A stretch of 64,000 nt of DNA from Paracoccaceae bacterium (GTDB taxonomy: Bacteria > Pseudomonadota > Alphaproteobacteria > Rhodobacterales > Rhodobacteraceae): NCBI GenBank assembly GCA_020628545.1, contig JAHDEX010000005.1, positions 29,401 through 93,400 on the forward strand. The letters run 5' to 3'. Both the position numbers and the translations under genes were made by a program. Each line of letters begins with the position of its first letter. The stretch's first letter is position 1. Shown piece after piece: positions 46,834 through 55,669 of the stretch. Below the pieces are notes generated by a model, which saw nothing but the letters and a program-made list of their open reading frames with translations, searched no databases and was not told the origin of the DNA.

Positions 46834-46963
46834 GTACCGCAAGCGCTCGTTCAGAATTCTCTGTGGACTGAAGTCAAAAGATCGAGACTGTGGAGCAGTC
46901 GTTTATTTCCGACGGGAGCAACAGTGCGGTAGAAGGTCAGATCTGAGCCGGTGTCAGGGTCGT

Positions 46964-47005
46964 CAATTCGAATGACCGGTCTGGCGCATGGGCCACAATT
47001 CGAAT
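46964..47005. repeat. Two copies of CAATTCGAAT (containing the palindrome ATTCGAAT) spaced 32 bp apart
   Basis: Read directly at 46964..46973 and 46996..47005, in the ~390-bp non-coding gap between the RpiR promoter and ilvD. Confidence 0.5.
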
Positions 47006-47244
47006 CCGATCCTGCGGCGCCTGCAAAAAAAATGCTGCGCAGGCAATAGCTGCATCTGCACAAGTCCGCTTCGTCCGCTTGCCTGACATTGTCAGCCGGG
47101 AACCGCGAAGATCCCTATACACTACCCATCGTCGTTCTATCTGGACCTGTCATCGGGTCAAACACCACCCCCAACACCAAACCGCTTGTCACGCTCCACC
47201 CCCTTAATTAGACCCGTCCCAAACTTTTCGGGAGGGACCGCCCC

Positions 47245-48972
47245 ATGACCAAGCCAGACAAATCCAACCTGCCCAGCCGCCATGTGACCGAAGGACCGGC
47301 TCGTGCACCGCATCGGTCGTATTTCTATGCCATGGGTCTGGATGAGGAGGCGATTGCCCAGCCGTGGGTCGGCGTCGCGACCTGCTGGAATGAGGCCGCG
47401 CCGTGTAACATCGCTCTGAACCGTCAGGCGCAAGCGGTGAAGCTGGGCGTCAAGAAGGGCAACGGCACCCCGCGTGAATTCACCACCATCACCGTCACCG
47501 ACGGCATCGCGATGGGGCATGAAGGGATGCGCTCCTCCCTCGCGTCCCGTGAAGCCATCGCCGACACAGTGGAACTCACAATGCGCGGCCATTGTTATGA
47601 CGCGATTGTGGGTCTTGCGGGCTGCGATAAATCCCTTCCCGGCATGATGATGGCGATGGTGCGTCTGAACACGCCGTCTGTTTTCATCTACGGCGGATCG
47701 ATCCTGCCGGGCCGCTTGAACGGCAAGGACATCACCGTTCAGGACGTGTTTGAGGCTGTGGGCAAGCATCAGGCTGGTGCGATGTCGGACGCCGAACTGG
47801 AAGTCATCGAACGCGTGGCGTGCCCATCCGCTGGGGCTTGCGGCGGTCAGTTCACCGCCAACACGATGGCTTGTGTGTCAGAGGCGATTGGTTTGGCTCT
47901 CATGAACTCCTCCGGCGCGCCTGCGCCTTATGAAAGCCGCGACCAATACGGCATTGCCTCGGGCGAGGCGGTGATGAACCTGATCGCCAAGAACATCCGC
48001 GCACGCGACGTGGTCACCCGCAAGTCGCTCGAAAACGCAGCCCGCGTTGTCGCTTGTACCGGTGGTTCCACCAATGCCGGTCTGCACCTGCCCGCGATTG
48101 CGCATGAGGCGGGGATCGATTTTGACCTGTTCGACGTCTGCGACATCTTCAAAGACACACCATACTTCGTCGATCTGAAGCCCGGCGGCCAGTATGTGGC
48201 CAAGGACCTCTATGAGGTTGGCGGCGTACCTGTTGTGATGAAGGAACTGCGCAAGGCAGGGCTGATCCATGAGGATTGCATCACCGCATCCGGCCGCACG
48301 ATTGGCGAAGAGCTGGACATGATCGCACCAGAGGCCGATGGCCGCGTGATCTATCCCATCGACAATCCAATCACCAAAACCGGTGGCGTTGTGGGTCTCA
48401 AAGGCAATCTCGCGCCCGAAGGTGCGATTGTGAAGGTCGCGGGCATGTCCGAGGAGGAGCAATCCTTCACCGGCCCCGCCCGCTGCTTTGAAAGCGAAGA
48501 AGAGGCCTTCGCGGCCGTGAAAGCCCGCGCATACAAGGAAGGCGAAGTGCTGGTCATCCGCAACGAAGGGCCATCCGGTGGTCCGGGTATGCGGGAAATG
48601 CTGGCAACCACGGCGGCCCTGTCCGGTCAGGGCATGGGCAAGAAGGTGGCCTTGATCACCGACGGCCGCTTCTCCGGCGCGACACGCGGGTTCTGCGTAG
48701 GCCACGTCGGGCCAGAAGCGGCACATGGCGGTCCAATTGGTCTGCTGAAGGATGGCGACCAGATCACCATCAATGCGATCACCGGAGAACTGTCTGTCGA
48801 ACTGACTGATGATGAACTGGCAGAGCGCAAGGCGAACTGGGGCGGCGCGAAAGAGACAATCTATGCCTCCGGCGCACTTTGGAAGTTCGCAAAACTCGTG
48901 GGTGCGACGCGCTACGGGGCGACGACCCATCCGGGCGCGAAGGACGAAAAGCACATCTACATGGATCTGTAG
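47245..48972 (+). CDS. ilvD: Dihydroxy-acid dehydratase
   Basis: 575 aa with ..[14 protein letters not shown].. (CDK..PG cluster ligand region). The short-form IlvD layout is present throughout. Confidence 0.93.
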   Translation: MTKPDKSNLPSRHVTEGPARAPHRSYFYAMGLDEEAIAQPWVGVATCWNEAAPCNIALNRQAQAVKLGVKKGNGTPREFTTITVTDGIAMGHEGMRSSLASREAIADTVELTMRGHCYDAIVGLAGCDKSLPGMMMAMVRLNTPSVFIYGGSILPGRLNGKDITVQDVFEAVGKHQAGAMSDAELEVIERVACPSAGACGGQFTANTMACVSEAIGLALMNSSGAPAPYESRDQYGIASGEAVMNLIAKNIRARDVVTRKSLENAARVVACTGGSTNAGLHLPAIAHEAGIDFDLFDVCDIFKDTPYFVDLKPGGQYVAKDLYEVGGVPVVMKELRKAGLIHEDCITASGRTIGEELDMIAPEADGRVIYPIDNPITKTGGVVGLKGNLAPEGAIVKVAGMSEEEQSFTGPARCFESEEEAFAAVKARAYKEGEVLVIRNEGPSGGPGMREMLATTAALSGQGMGKKVALITDGRFSGATRGFCVGHVGPEAAHGGPIGLLKDGDQITINAITGELSVELTDDELAERKANWGGAKETIYASGALWKFAKLVGATRYGATTHPGAKDEKHIYMDL

Positions 48973-48981
48973 AGGTTGCGC

Positions 48982-49596
48982 ATGGCGACGTTTCGCCTGG
49001 CACATGTGGCGGCGCTTTGCGTCGCCGCCGCTTGCGCTGAGATCGCGCCTTCCGGGTCCGGGCTGTCGGTGACCTCTGCCGCGCTCTTTCGGGGAGAGAT
49101 CACCGCCGCAGCGCCGCCCAACTACTGTATTTCACCGGCAGCCAGCCGACCGGATACGGGCTTTGTCGTCATGGGACGCTGTGCTGCCGCGAGCCCGGTT
49201 GCAGCAGATGGATTCATCACCGTGCAAGTGGGCGGACCGGAAAGCGGGATCACGGCAAGCGACGCTGCCGACCTGCGTGAAATCCTTGTCAGCGACACCG
49301 GGCGCGCGTTTCTGAGTAGCGCTGGCAACGCGGATGCAATCTCCGTACAGGCAACCGAAGTGGAAGGCGACGCTGTCACCGTGCGGTTCCGGGACCGGGG
49401 GCCTGCGCCGGTGACCGGACTGGATCAGACCGAATGGCGCGGCTTCTTTGATGTGGAAGGGCGCCTTGTGACCGTTGCAGTACGCGGGTTAGCCGCCGCA
49501 CCCCTTGGAACGGACGACGGCGAAGTGCTCTTGGCGCGGACAATCGCAGCCTTGCGCCAGGCCAATCGCGGGGTGGTGTCTGCCACCAATAGTTGA
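48982..49596 (+). CDS. Hypothetical lipoprotein
   Basis: MATFRLAHVAALCVAAAC.. is a lipobox-like signal (AAAC). It starts 10 nt after ilvD (ATG 48982, or TTG 48976). No family recognised. Confidence 0.55.
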   Translation: MATFRLAHVAALCVAAACAEIAPSGSGLSVTSAALFRGEITAAAPPNYCISPAASRPDTGFVVMGRCAAASPVAADGFITVQVGGPESGITASDAADLREILVSDTGRAFLSSAGNADAISVQATEVEGDAVTVRFRDRGPAPVTGLDQTEWRGFFDVEGRLVTVAVRGLAAAPLGTDDGEVLLARTIAALRQANRGVVSATNS

Positions 49597-49630
49597 GAAC
49601 TGTTTCCTTTCTGGCAACTCTTTGGCAGAT

Positions 49631-50449
49631 ATGAACGAACCGGAGGTGCTGACCTCTGAGAACTCGGGACAGACCAGCGTGGCAACTCGCTTCACATTCA
49701 AAGATCGCTTCGTGTTCCAGCGCATGATGGCCTATTGGACCGGCGCTGCGCGGGACGCCGAGTCGACGGAATTGTCGACCCTGCGTGCGGACCGTCAGAA
49801 AGCCCGCCAGCTCCGCGGGGCCATCGACAAGTTGCTCTACGTCGCTGACTCGCGCTTGGCCTTGCCGCGCGTCGGGTCGAATACATTCCCGAAACCGCCG
49901 GGAACGCGTTGGTCATGGCGGCCCCCCCTGTGGCGGGGGCCGATCACACCAAAAGGGGCCGTTGGCCTAAGCAACGCGGAAGAAATCAGCCCCGGCATGA
50001 AAGTCTTCCACGATTGCGCCGTCAGCGAGTTGACGTTTCGCCAGATCCGCAACAACCGCGAAGAAGACCTCGCAGCCTTTGGGTTGCGGATGGATGTGCT
50101 TGGTTTTGGCGGGAGCTTTTTATCCGTGGCGATTGATCTGCCCGCCGACGCGGCCGAAGGCCTCCGCAAGCGCGATATCCTGAGTGTCCATGCGCTGATG
50201 TCGATTGAGCGGCCAGCGGCGGTCTTTGCGCGATTGAACATCAAATGTGGTCCCAACACGTCACAACTTGTGGAAGAACTGCCCCTATCGACGCGAGCGG
50301 TCGCAGTCGACTTTGATCTGGCCTACACCGATATCGTAGAAAACCGGATCGAGGCGATGTGGCTCGACCTTATCTTTGACGAACCTGCGATGAACCTGAT
50401 TTTCATCAACGACCTAACCTTCTGCCGCTATCCAAGGGCGGAAGTGTGA
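49631..50449 (+). CDS. Conserved hypothetical protein (272 aa), function unknown
   Basis: Internal ATG start of track ORF 49505..50449 (MNEPEVLTSENSG..). No motif I can assign. Its stop overlaps the next gene's start. Confidence 0.6.
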   Translation: MNEPEVLTSENSGQTSVATRFTFKDRFVFQRMMAYWTGAARDAESTELSTLRADRQKARQLRGAIDKLLYVADSRLALPRVGSNTFPKPPGTRWSWRPPLWRGPITPKGAVGLSNAEEISPGMKVFHDCAVSELTFRQIRNNREEDLAAFGLRMDVLGFGGSFLSVAIDLPADAAEGLRKRDILSVHALMSIERPAAVFARLNIKCGPNTSQLVEELPLSTRAVAVDFDLAYTDIVENRIEAMWLDLIFDEPAMNLIFINDLTFCRYPRAEV

Positions 50450-50820
50450 TGGCTGAGGAACTTGTTCTGACAAAGACCCAGTTGCGTGCAGGCGTCTGGG
50501 AAGGCGTGCTGACCGGGGCGGGTGAGACCGAACCGGTTCTGACATTCCGCCAGGACGCAGAGATTCTGTCTGGTCTTGAGGTTTCGGCTGGTGAGAATGG
50601 CACTTGGATTGTGCGCGCGCCGATCCCCGCTGACCGGATCAGTGACGACATTCAGACTTTCACGATCATGGCCGCTGACGACGTGACTGTCCTCGCGCAT
50701 TTTGCGATTTTTGCGGGTGAGGCCGTCGACGCGGATTTGCGAGCAGAGGTCAATCTGCTGCGTGCCGAGCTTGATCTGTTGAAACGGGCCTTCCGTCAGC
50801 ATTGCAGTGATACAACCTAG
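50449..50820 (+). CDS. Hypothetical protein (123 aa) with a C-terminal coiled coil, translationally coupled to the preceding gene
   Basis: GTGATG junction: the upstream TGA shares one nucleotide with ATG 50449. The C-terminus LRAEVNLLRAELDLLKRAF is heptad-like. Confidence 0.55.
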   Translation: MAEELVLTKTQLRAGVWEGVLTGAGETEPVLTFRQDAEILSGLEVSAGENGTWIVRAPIPADRISDDIQTFTIMAADDVTVLAHFAIFAGEAVDADLRAEVNLLRAELDLLKRAFRQHCSDTT

Positions 50821-51261
50821 GGCGTAGCGCGTTCCCACGTCGGCCAATATGTGCAACGACGTCAGCATTGAGATGCATCAAATACGCGGGTCACCGCGCA
50901 ATCAGAGCGTGTACCCATCAGCGCCTTGACGCCAGCCCGCACAACTCCCTTCATCGTGCGTATGCAAAGCGGCGCAAATGCCTTCACGTGAACCGCTTTG
51001 ATGTGTCGGAAAGGAGGGGAACGACACGAAAATACTGACTTTTGAGTGCGTTGCCCCCACGTCAAACCGGGGATCTCGCAGCCCGACTTTCGCCCGAAAT
51101 GCGAGTCGGATTGAGGACAAATTACCGAAAAGCTTAGTGTTTTTAGGTTTCCTCCCCCTCAACAAAACAGGGATTACCCCGGTATTGTCAGGCCAAAGTC
51201 CTATTCCTGCCCGAATTGGCAAACACAAGGAGGCTCGAATTTGTTGAGATGAGGATCGCGT

Positions 51262-52167
51262 ATGGATCGCCTGACAGAAATGGAAGCCTTCGCCACGGTT
51301 GTGGATCAAGGTGGCTTCACCGACGCGGCCAAGAAGATGGGGATCTCGAAGTCTGCTGTATCCAAACACGTCTCCTCATTGGAAGCACGTCTCGGCGCAC
51401 GACTGTTGAACCGGACGACGCGCCGGGTCAGCCCCACAGAGATCGGTTTGGCCTACTACGATCGTGCGCGCCGCGTACTCAATGACGCAGGAGAGGCCGA
51501 TGCTTTGGTCACCTCCATGCAGTCTGCGCCGTCCGGTCTGCTCCGGATTTCTGTGGCAACCGACTTTGGTGTGAACCACCTATCTCCCGTTCTCGGCACG
51601 TTCCTTGCGGAATTTCCGGACATCACCGTCAACATGGTCCTCAACAACCGTTACGTTGAACTGATTTCCGAAGGCTTCGACATGGCCGTCCGGATTGGAG
51701 AGCTTGAAGACAGCACGCTGCGTGCCCGCAAGCTGACCGAGACGACCAAGAAGATGATCGCGGCCCCGTCTTATTTCGAACAGTATGGCCGCCCCGAAAA
51801 AATCGACGATCTGAACGAACACAAGCTGCTACATTATTCCAACCAAGCCAACTCTGCCGTATGGAAGCTGACAGCACCTTCCGGCGAAAAGCGTCAGGTG
51901 CGCACCGCTGGCTGGTTGACCGTGAATGACGGCCAGTCGCTGCTGAACGCCTGTATCGGCGGCCTCGGCATCGCGTATCTGCCAAGTTTCCTTTACGCCG
52001 ACGCGATGCAGCAGGGCTTGGTTGAGGTCGCGATCCCCGATCTGCCGGTAGAAACCCAAGGCGTTTACGCCGTCTATCCACCGGGCCGCTTCACACAGCC
52101 AAAAGTGCGCGCGTTCATCGACTTCCTTGTCCACGCGTTTGCCGACAAAGGCCCCGACGCCTGGTAA
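51262..52167 (+). CDS. LysR-family transcriptional regulator
   Basis: HTH MDRLTEMEAFATVVDQGGFTDAAKKMGISKSAVSKHVSSLEARLG. Confidence 0.88.
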   Translation: MDRLTEMEAFATVVDQGGFTDAAKKMGISKSAVSKHVSSLEARLGARLLNRTTRRVSPTEIGLAYYDRARRVLNDAGEADALVTSMQSAPSGLLRISVATDFGVNHLSPVLGTFLAEFPDITVNMVLNNRYVELISEGFDMAVRIGELEDSTLRARKLTETTKKMIAAPSYFEQYGRPEKIDDLNEHKLLHYSNQANSAVWKLTAPSGEKRQVRTAGWLTVNDGQSLLNACIGGLGIAYLPSFLYADAMQQGLVEVAIPDLPVETQGVYAVYPPGRFTQPKVRAFIDFLVHAFADKGPDAW

Positions 52168-52210
52168 TTCCAACAGTTTTCCCCCCCGGTGCGCTTGCAC
52201 CCACCTTTAT

Positions 52211-52246
52211 GGCGCAGCTTCCCCTCCCGGAGCTGCGCCTTTTTTG
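52211..52246 (+). terminator. Rho-independent terminator after the LysR gene
   Basis: 9-bp stem GGCGCAGCT / AGCTGCGCC with an 11-nt loop, followed by TTTTTTG. Confidence 0.8.
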
Positions 52247-52313
52247 CTTTCGGGACGAAAATCCCAACTTTTGATGGATTGAGCCGTGAGGAGGTCGTGA
52301 CCTAGGCTACTTC

Positions 52314-52709
52314 CTAACCCCGCGCGGCGGCGATCACTGCACTGCGCGAGGGGAGATCAAGCTGCCGGAGGATTGCGTGGACGTGGTCTTTGACGGTGGC
52401 GACTGAGATGGAAAGCGCCGTCGCGATGTCCTTGTTCGACTTGCCCGCAATCAAATGCTGCGCAACCTCGCGCTGTCGGCGACTGAGCGGGGCAAGAAGA
52501 TGCGACGATTCAGGCTGCACTGCCACAGTGACCAGCGGCGCGCCAATGACGGCGCTGGCCTCCATATCGATTTTCACCGCAGCACCCGGCTTTGCCAGCG
52601 GCGCCAATGCCTCGATCACGTCAACGGGCACAGACCCCTGTTTGTTGTCTTTCAGCGCGGCCAGCGATTTCGACAACGCCGCGACGACCTCTGGGTCAAC
52701 AGTCATCAC
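52314..52709 (-). CDS. LuxR-family HTH transcriptional regulator (short, no receiver domain)
   Basis: C-terminal LSRRQREVAQHLIAGKSNKDIATALSISVATVKDHVHAILRQLD is the GerE/LuxR HTH. Confidence 0.8.
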   Translation of the reverse strand: MMTVDPEVVAALSKSLAALKDNKQGSVPVDVIEALAPLAKPGAAVKIDMEASAVIGAPLVTVAVQPESSHLLAPLSRRQREVAQHLIAGKSNKDIATALSISVATVKDHVHAILRQLDLPSRSAVIAAARG

Positions 52710-52721
52710 AAAGGACCTTTC

Positions 52722-53093
52722 ATGCAGTCGATGCCATTAGAGATCACAAACTTCTTTCTTGCAATGCAGGCGGGGCCACACGGGCTGGAGCGGCTTGGTG
52801 CGATGTTCGCGGAAGACGCGGAGTATTCCGAACCCTTTTCGGGCCAGGAGGGTCCGCACCGCGGCCGTCAAGCGATTATGGCCGCGTTCGACGCAAGCCG
52901 CAGTGACGCCTTTGACGATGCGGTCATCGAACTCGGCGCTGTGGAAGTTGTGGGCGACAAGATCACGGTGAAGTGGACCTGCATCTCTGCCGCCATTCCC
53001 GGCGGGCAGGGCAGTGGTACAAATGAGTTTCAACTTGCGGACGGTAAGATCACTAAGCTGATCACGCAGCTCAATATGGGAGACACCGCATGA
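52722..53093 (+). CDS. SnoaL/NTF2-like small protein
   Basis: 123 aa from ATG 52722 (SD AAGGA), divergent from the LuxR gene. It shows an NTF2-like pattern (..FAEDAEYSEPFSG..G..AI...F..). Weak call. Confidence 0.55.
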   Translation: MQSMPLEITNFFLAMQAGPHGLERLGAMFAEDAEYSEPFSGQEGPHRGRQAIMAAFDASRSDAFDDAVIELGAVEVVGDKITVKWTCISAAIPGGQGSGTNEFQLADGKITKLITQLNMGDTA

Positions 53094-53446
53094 GTACCGC
53101 TGATGTTGATGCCTGGATGGCGGCCTATGACAACCCGATGAAGCCGGTTGTGGCGGCAATGCGCGACGTGATCATGGCGGCTGATCCTCGTGTGACAGAA
53201 GTGATCAAGTGGCAAGCGCCGACGTTTGTTTACAAAGGCAATATCGCGAGTTTCTTTCCAAAGTCGAAGAAACACGCGTCACTGATGTTTCATCAAGGCG
53301 CGCATATCGTGGGCGATTTTCCCAACCTTGTGGGTGACGCGAAAGACGGTCGCAGCTTCAAAGTCGCGAGCCTTGAGGAGTTGGAGGAAAAGACGGCAGA
53401 GCTGCAGCAGATCGTGATTGCGTGGTGCGATCAGAAGGACGTCTAG
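53090..53446 (+). CDS. DUF1801 (YdhG-like) domain protein
   Basis: 118 aa; ..MRDVIMAADPRVTEVIKWQAPTFVYKGNIASF.. is typical of DUF1801. Overlaps the preceding stop (ATGA). Confidence 0.7.
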   Translation: MSTADVDAWMAAYDNPMKPVVAAMRDVIMAADPRVTEVIKWQAPTFVYKGNIASFFPKSKKHASLMFHQGAHIVGDFPNLVGDAKDGRSFKVASLEELEEKTAELQQIVIAWCDQKDV

Positions 53447-53449
53447 GCC

Positions 53450-54376
53450 TTAGTTCTGCTGGTCGAGAATGATCACCTCAACCCGTCGATTGGCCTCACG
53501 CCCTGCCTCTGACAGGTTGTTGGCAACGGGTGCAAGATACCCCATCCCTTCCGCGGTCAACTGACGGCGCGGGATGCCGTAGCCTTCGATCAGCCGATCC
53601 ATCACCGACCGCGCACGCCGTTTCGACAGCGCGATATTACCGTCAAGCGACCCGGACGTATCCGTATGTCCAACGAGCGCCACGCGCAGTCCAGGGTTAT
53701 CGCGCAGATAACCTGCCAGCAGATCAAGCGACTGATACTCTCCCGGTGCCAGCGATGACGTGCCAGTGGGGAAGGCAAGATCGGCCAGCACCACCCGCCC
53801 GTCGGCTTCCAACGATGCCGTCAAACTGCCGGGTACAGTGCGCGTGGCAATGGTAGGTCGGGGCGCAGGAGCAGGCGCGACTGCGGCATCCGGTGCGCCG
53901 GTGCCAATGCGATCAATTTGGATGTAGGCGGTGTCCGCGATGCGGCTGATCAATAGCACGATGTGGTCGATGTCATTCGTGCCGGTCCAGTATTGGAAAT
54001 CCGCGATGTTGACCTGCATCTGCGGCGGCGGCAGTACGTCGACGGCAAACCGAAAGTCAAAGCCGCCGCAGTTGCGATCACCGCAGGCAAATGTCTTGGT
54101 GTAGCCTTCGGACTCCAGCTGCAGTACGAGCGGCAGAAGCAGACCAAGCGTCGTGTCATTTGTGTCAGCGATCTTGAACACACTGCGTGTCAGCGTGCCT
54201 TCCAGAACCGCAGATGGCATGGCGCCGTTTTCATGTGGCGCAATGGCGATCAGCAGTTGTTCGGGTGCCGCGGCAATTTCGGTTGTTGCGACGGCGGTAG
54301 GCGGCAGTTGCAACCCCTGACCGGTGGCCAGTGTCGCGCAAAAGAGCAGGGCAAATGTCAGCGCCGCCCGGATCAT
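53450..54376 (-). CDS. OmpA-family protein (C-terminal OmpA/MotB peptidoglycan-binding domain)
   Basis: Signal peptide MIRAALTFALLFCATLATGQG. C-terminal ..VALVGHTDTSGSLDGNIALSKRRARSV..NRRVEVIIL. Confidence 0.82.
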   Translation of the reverse strand: MIRAALTFALLFCATLATGQGLQLPPTAVATTEIAAAPEQLLIAIAPHENGAMPSAVLEGTLTRSVFKIADTNDTTLGLLLPLVLQLESEGYTKTFACGDRNCGGFDFRFAVDVLPPPQMQVNIADFQYWTGTNDIDHIVLLISRIADTAYIQIDRIGTGAPDAAVAPAPAPRPTIATRTVPGSLTASLEADGRVVLADLAFPTGTSSLAPGEYQSLDLLAGYLRDNPGLRVALVGHTDTSGSLDGNIALSKRRARSVMDRLIEGYGIPRRQLTAEGMGYLAPVANNLSEAGREANRRVEVIILDQQN

Positions 54377-54939
54377 CGCGCCTGCGAATGGTAGTCTTCA
54401 TTAGGGCGCATATCGACGGCAGAGGCGACACGATTGCTCATGTTGAAGAACCCGGTGACAGAGGCGATGTCAAAGATATCGCGGTCGCTGAATCCTACGC
54501 CGCGGAGCGCGTCACGGTCCGCTTCGGTCACTTTGGCGCTTTCGACGGTCACTTTCTCTGCAAACGCAAGCATGGCGGTTTGGCGGGCATCGAGATCAGC
54601 GACGCGCCAGTTCATCACCAGCATTTCTCCCAACTGCGGATTCCCGGACAAGGCCCGCACCGCGGCACCATGGGCGGTCAGGCAGTAGAAGCATTTGTTG
54701 ATCGAGGAGACGACAACCGCGATCATCTCACGTTCGAGCTTACTCAGCCCGCTATCGGCCAGCATCAGGTCGTTATACATGCCCGTGAAGGCATTCAGCT
54801 TGTCGATGTCGAATGCGTAGGCCTGCAAGACGTTCGGCACCATGCCCAGCTTATCCTGGCAGATATCGAAGTATTTCCGCGTTTCGTCCGGCAAGGGGTC
54901 GACCATCGGCAGGTCAAGGGCGGTAGGTTCTTTGGTCAC
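54373..54939 (-). CDS. Peroxidase-related enzyme, carboxymuconolactone decarboxylase (AhpD-like) family
   Basis: ..INKCFYCLTAHG.. (the CxxC..H motif of the family). GTG start at 54939, 1 nt after the upstream stop; an alternative ATG is at 54906. The track ORF extends to 55083. Confidence 0.78.
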   Translation of the reverse strand: MTKEPTALDLPMVDPLPDETRKYFDICQDKLGMVPNVLQAYAFDIDKLNAFTGMYNDLMLADSGLSKLEREMIAVVVSSINKCFYCLTAHGAAVRALSGNPQLGEMLVMNWRVADLDARQTAMLAFAEKVTVESAKVTEADRDALRGVGFSDRDIFDIASVTGFFNMSNRVASAVDMRPNEDYHSQAR

Positions 54940-54940
54940 G

Positions 54941-55669
54941 TCAGGCGTCCGCTTTGATACGATAGTGGTACTGTCCCACAAGGCGCATGCCGAGTGAAGC
55001 ATAGAGCGCGTTTGCGGCCAGATTGTCCCGGGTTGTTGCCAAGGCGAGATGGCTGGCTTTGTGCTTTTGCCCCCAGATCGCAACGGCGCGGGTCAGGTTG
55101 GCGGCAAGGCCTTTGCGACGGGAAGTGCTGAGTACCTCAAGTGCGTGGAGCATCGCGATCTTATTGAAGATCCCAGCGTAAACGGTGCCTGCTGGGCGGT
55201 CGTCCACGCGACCAAGAAAGCTTACCTTCCGGCAATCGGCGCGGCGCATGATCGCGATCCGATCCGGGCCGATGCCACCTTCGGCCCAGATCTCTCGCTG
55301 GACTTCCATGGGTGGCCAGACTTGGAAGGACGTGACTGGGGGCGGTTTGGTTGCCGCAATATCAGCGATGGGTGCAACGTACAGGTTTGTCGGATCCTTG
55401 ATCCTGTAACCGGAGGCTTCCAACATCTGGTCCAAGCTATCGTCACCGGGACGCAGCATGAACTGCGGGGCTTGGCCCCATGCGCGCATGGCGACTTCGG
55501 CGTCGCCGAGCGTTGTTTCATCGAATTGGCGCGTCGCAGTCGCGGCACTTACCCGGCTGCCACCGGCAAGCCCTTCGCGCAATGTGATCGGGCCGAGCGC
55601 CACCTTCGTTGCGGCAGGCCATGTCGCGTCGATCACGTCGCAGAGCGCAAGGGCGGTCGGCAGCCTCAT
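54941..55669 (-). CDS. GNAT-family N-acetyltransferase
   Basis: 242 aa with the C-terminal acetyl-CoA motif ..LEVLSTSRRKGLAANLTRA.. Confidence 0.7.
   Translation of the reverse strand: MRLPTALALCDVIDATWPAATKVALGPITLREGLAGGSRVSAATATRQFDETTLGDAEVAMRAWGQAPQFMLRPGDDSLDQMLEASGYRIKDPTNLYVAPIADIAATKPPPVTSFQVWPPMEVQREIWAEGGIGPDRIAIMRRADCRKVSFLGRVDDRPAGTVYAGIFNKIAMLHALEVLSTSRRKGLAANLTRAVAIWGQKHKASHLALATTRDNLAANALYASLGMRLVGQYHYRIKADA

Larger units (their letters stand above)
29848..46850. mobile_element. Putative integrase-associated catabolic genomic island (boundaries approximate)
   Basis: A tyrosine recombinase gene and a possible gene remnant mark the left edge. A self-contained catabolic, transport and regulator gene set follows. 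Core genes lie on both sides (ArsR/SRPBCC on the left; ilvD on the right). I found no flanking direct repeats or tRNA. Confidence 0.3.

Noticed and set aside
46955-47035. tRNA-like T-arm strings (..CAATTCGAATGACC.. and ..CAATTCGAATCCGATCC..) that could mark a tRNA gene or an att remnant at the island's right end.
   Set aside because: The flanking bases do not form a 5-bp T-stem. There is no acceptor stem, anticodon arm or CCA-proximal pairing on either strand. It only resembles GGTTCGAATCC superficially.
50862-51369. Track ORFs 50862..51065 (-) and 50902..51369 (-) as protein-coding genes in the large intergenic region.
   Set aside because: They have no SD and low-complexity, Arg-rich composition, and 50902..51369 overlaps the LysR start. 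The region is better explained as non-coding, possibly RNA.
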